Shown here one piece after another: positions 62,001 through 64,000 of a DNA stretch of 64,000 nucleotides; within the stretch, counting starts at the first letter, position 1, and each line of letters starts with the position of its first letter. The notes under the pieces are model-generated. The model searched no databases. It saw nothing but the letters and a program-made list of their open reading frames with translations, and was not told the origin of the DNA. Source of the DNA: Sminthopsis crassicaudata (lineage: Eukaryota); NCBI RefSeq assembly GCF_048593235.1, contig NC_133618.1, positions 567,070,889-567,134,888 on the forward strand, read 5' to 3'. The translations under genes were made by a program, and so were the position numbers.

Positions 62001-64000
62001 CAGCTCCTATCGAGGGGTCTTGTCTGTGGCCTGCAACAACATGTCAGTTTCCTCCTGTGACCTGAAAGCGGGGCTCTTCCCGAGGCAGTGTGCCCATTTC
62101 AGCTAACCAGTGGGGGGCGTTCACCCCATCTTGGTTTCTCACTGCCGCTTCTGTCAAAAATAGCCAGTCAGTCCAGGTGTCTTTTTTACAGAAGTTTCCA
62201 TCTATTTTTCCTTCTTTCCTTGCTTGATACTGTGAACTTTCTCTAAAGGAAAAATTAGGGGGGGTTTCCTCATAGGGATTAGGATCTTTTCTTTGTGCCT
62301 TTTTCCCACAGTACTGAACGAAGACGTTAATCTCGGGGATGACTCCAATAAACCAATTTCCTTTCAATTCACTTCAATTCATTTTACTGTATTTTGTAAT
62401 TATACTATCTCCAAAATGTAGAACTTTGAAGTTCTGGGTTTTTTTTATTCATTTTCATTATCCTAAGCTACTCCTGTTTTCTTACTAAATTTATTTGCTT
62501 TTGGTGACTTCTAATCCTTTCCTTCTCCCCTTTCCTTTTATATCACCTTCATTCTTTCCTTTTTCATTGGCCCTTTCCCATCTACTGATAGGTACATCTA
62601 CATGTTCAGGTCTCTTGAATCCTTAGCAAGCTTTCCTTTGACCTTTTTTATCCTATCTACTACTAATCCCATTTTTCTCCTAAGTTTCTGAAAAAAGATA
62701 GCTGCTTCTACCTCTTCTTCACCATATTACAGTCATTATTCTAATGTTCCTGCTTTCTTTACTTTGCATCAGTTCCTACAAATATTTCTGGAGTATTCTG
62801 AATTCTTCATATTTTCTTATGGTATAATGAAATAGAATGTTAACGTACTACAATTTGTTTAGCCATTCCCCAAACAACTGACTTTGTTTCCAGTTTTTTT
62901 TACTGTTAAAAAAAAAGTTTTTGCGAATATTTTGTAATAAGAATAGCTTTTTAAAAAGACTTTCAAAATCACTTCTCTAATTTATCTCATCACTATAAGA
63001 ATAATCTTATTTATAGATGGTCATGCCACTGTTCTACTGAAAAATCTAAAATGAGTTGTTCTTCCTGAATAAATTTCAAACTTTTTGTTTTGAATTCAAG
63101 ACCCTTTTACAGAGTTCCATGTCCCCCTCCAGACTCATCTCAAAATGTACCAATTGATAGTTGGCATGCCTGTAATCCAACCAAATCACATCCATCCCCC
63201 TTCCCAGACCTCTGTCTTTGCTTCCATTGTCCTCTTTCCCTAAAATGTCTTTCCTCTTCATCTGCTGACTTTTTACTACATGGAAAGAAAGCTTGACTTA
63301 TAATCAAAGGATTGGGGTCAAAATATAATCTTGGACCAGTCACTTAATCTCTTCAAGTCTCAAGTTTCTCCTGCCATAAGACAAGGTAGTTGGGCCAGAG
63401 GCCTATTTCACCTATATAAAAAGTTCTCTGAATTGTCCTATAAATCCCAATTCAAATGTTCGCTTCCTTTCTCTTTCCTATAACAGGTAATAACCTTGTG
63501 TCTCACATAGCACTTTATTTTATAGCTCTTTAATATAGCAAAATGGAAGAGTTCTAAATTGAGTCAGAAGGACCTTGGTTTAAATCTTGGCTCTGCCATT
63601 TATTACCTGTGTGACTATAAGCATGTCACTTAAAACCTCTGGGCCTGAGTTCTTTTTTCCATAAAAGGAGGTTGACCTAGATAGTATCTTAAGGCCTCCT
63701 TTGTTGCTACTGGCAATCATTTACTGTACTCTCGGTCCTTGGAGGCCAGGCATCTGTGTCTTACCTAAACTACTACTCTTCTTGGTACCCAGCACAGTAA
63801 TGTTGTACATGTACTTAGAAGTTTGCTGAATGAATGAATGGGTAAGGAAGATGGCAAAGAGACACAAATCACTATCAGAACACAATTGAATATGTGGAGT
63901 ACAGAAAAGAGGCATCAAAGATGATTATTTCTGACAGCAGCCTGGGGAAAAAAAGTTTCATGGGCAAAATGACATTTGAGTTGGATTTTGACAAATCGGT

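Overview
Mammalian genomic DNA, very likely an Australian (dasyurid-like) marsupial judging by WSINE1/Mar1-type SINEs and the L1 3' ends. It is syntenic with the human SEMA4B-CIB1-GDPGP1-TTLL13-NGRN cluster. I traced exons by hand from splice sites, reading phase and recalled human/mouse proteins: SEMA4B (+, 14 coding exons, 818 aa), CIB1 (-, 7 exons, 191 aa), GDPGP1 (+, single coding exon, 387 aa), an intact TTLL13 (+, 15 coding exons, 823 aa) and NGRN exon 1 (+, rest outside the window). Five CpG islands mark promoters. The remainder is L1, L2, L3/CR1 and CORE-SINE relics plus a 130-N gap. I found no wholly new gene system. The best leads are transcript-level: the last TTLL13 intron gives the same protein end whether spliced or retained; its donor is in phase with NGRN intron 1, so a TTLL13-NGRN fusion is possible; an Ala-rich upstream exon is in frame with TTLL13; and a distal SEMA4B promoter candidate carries a higher-order GC minisatellite and X-boxes. 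Orthologue comparisons are from memory, not database searches.
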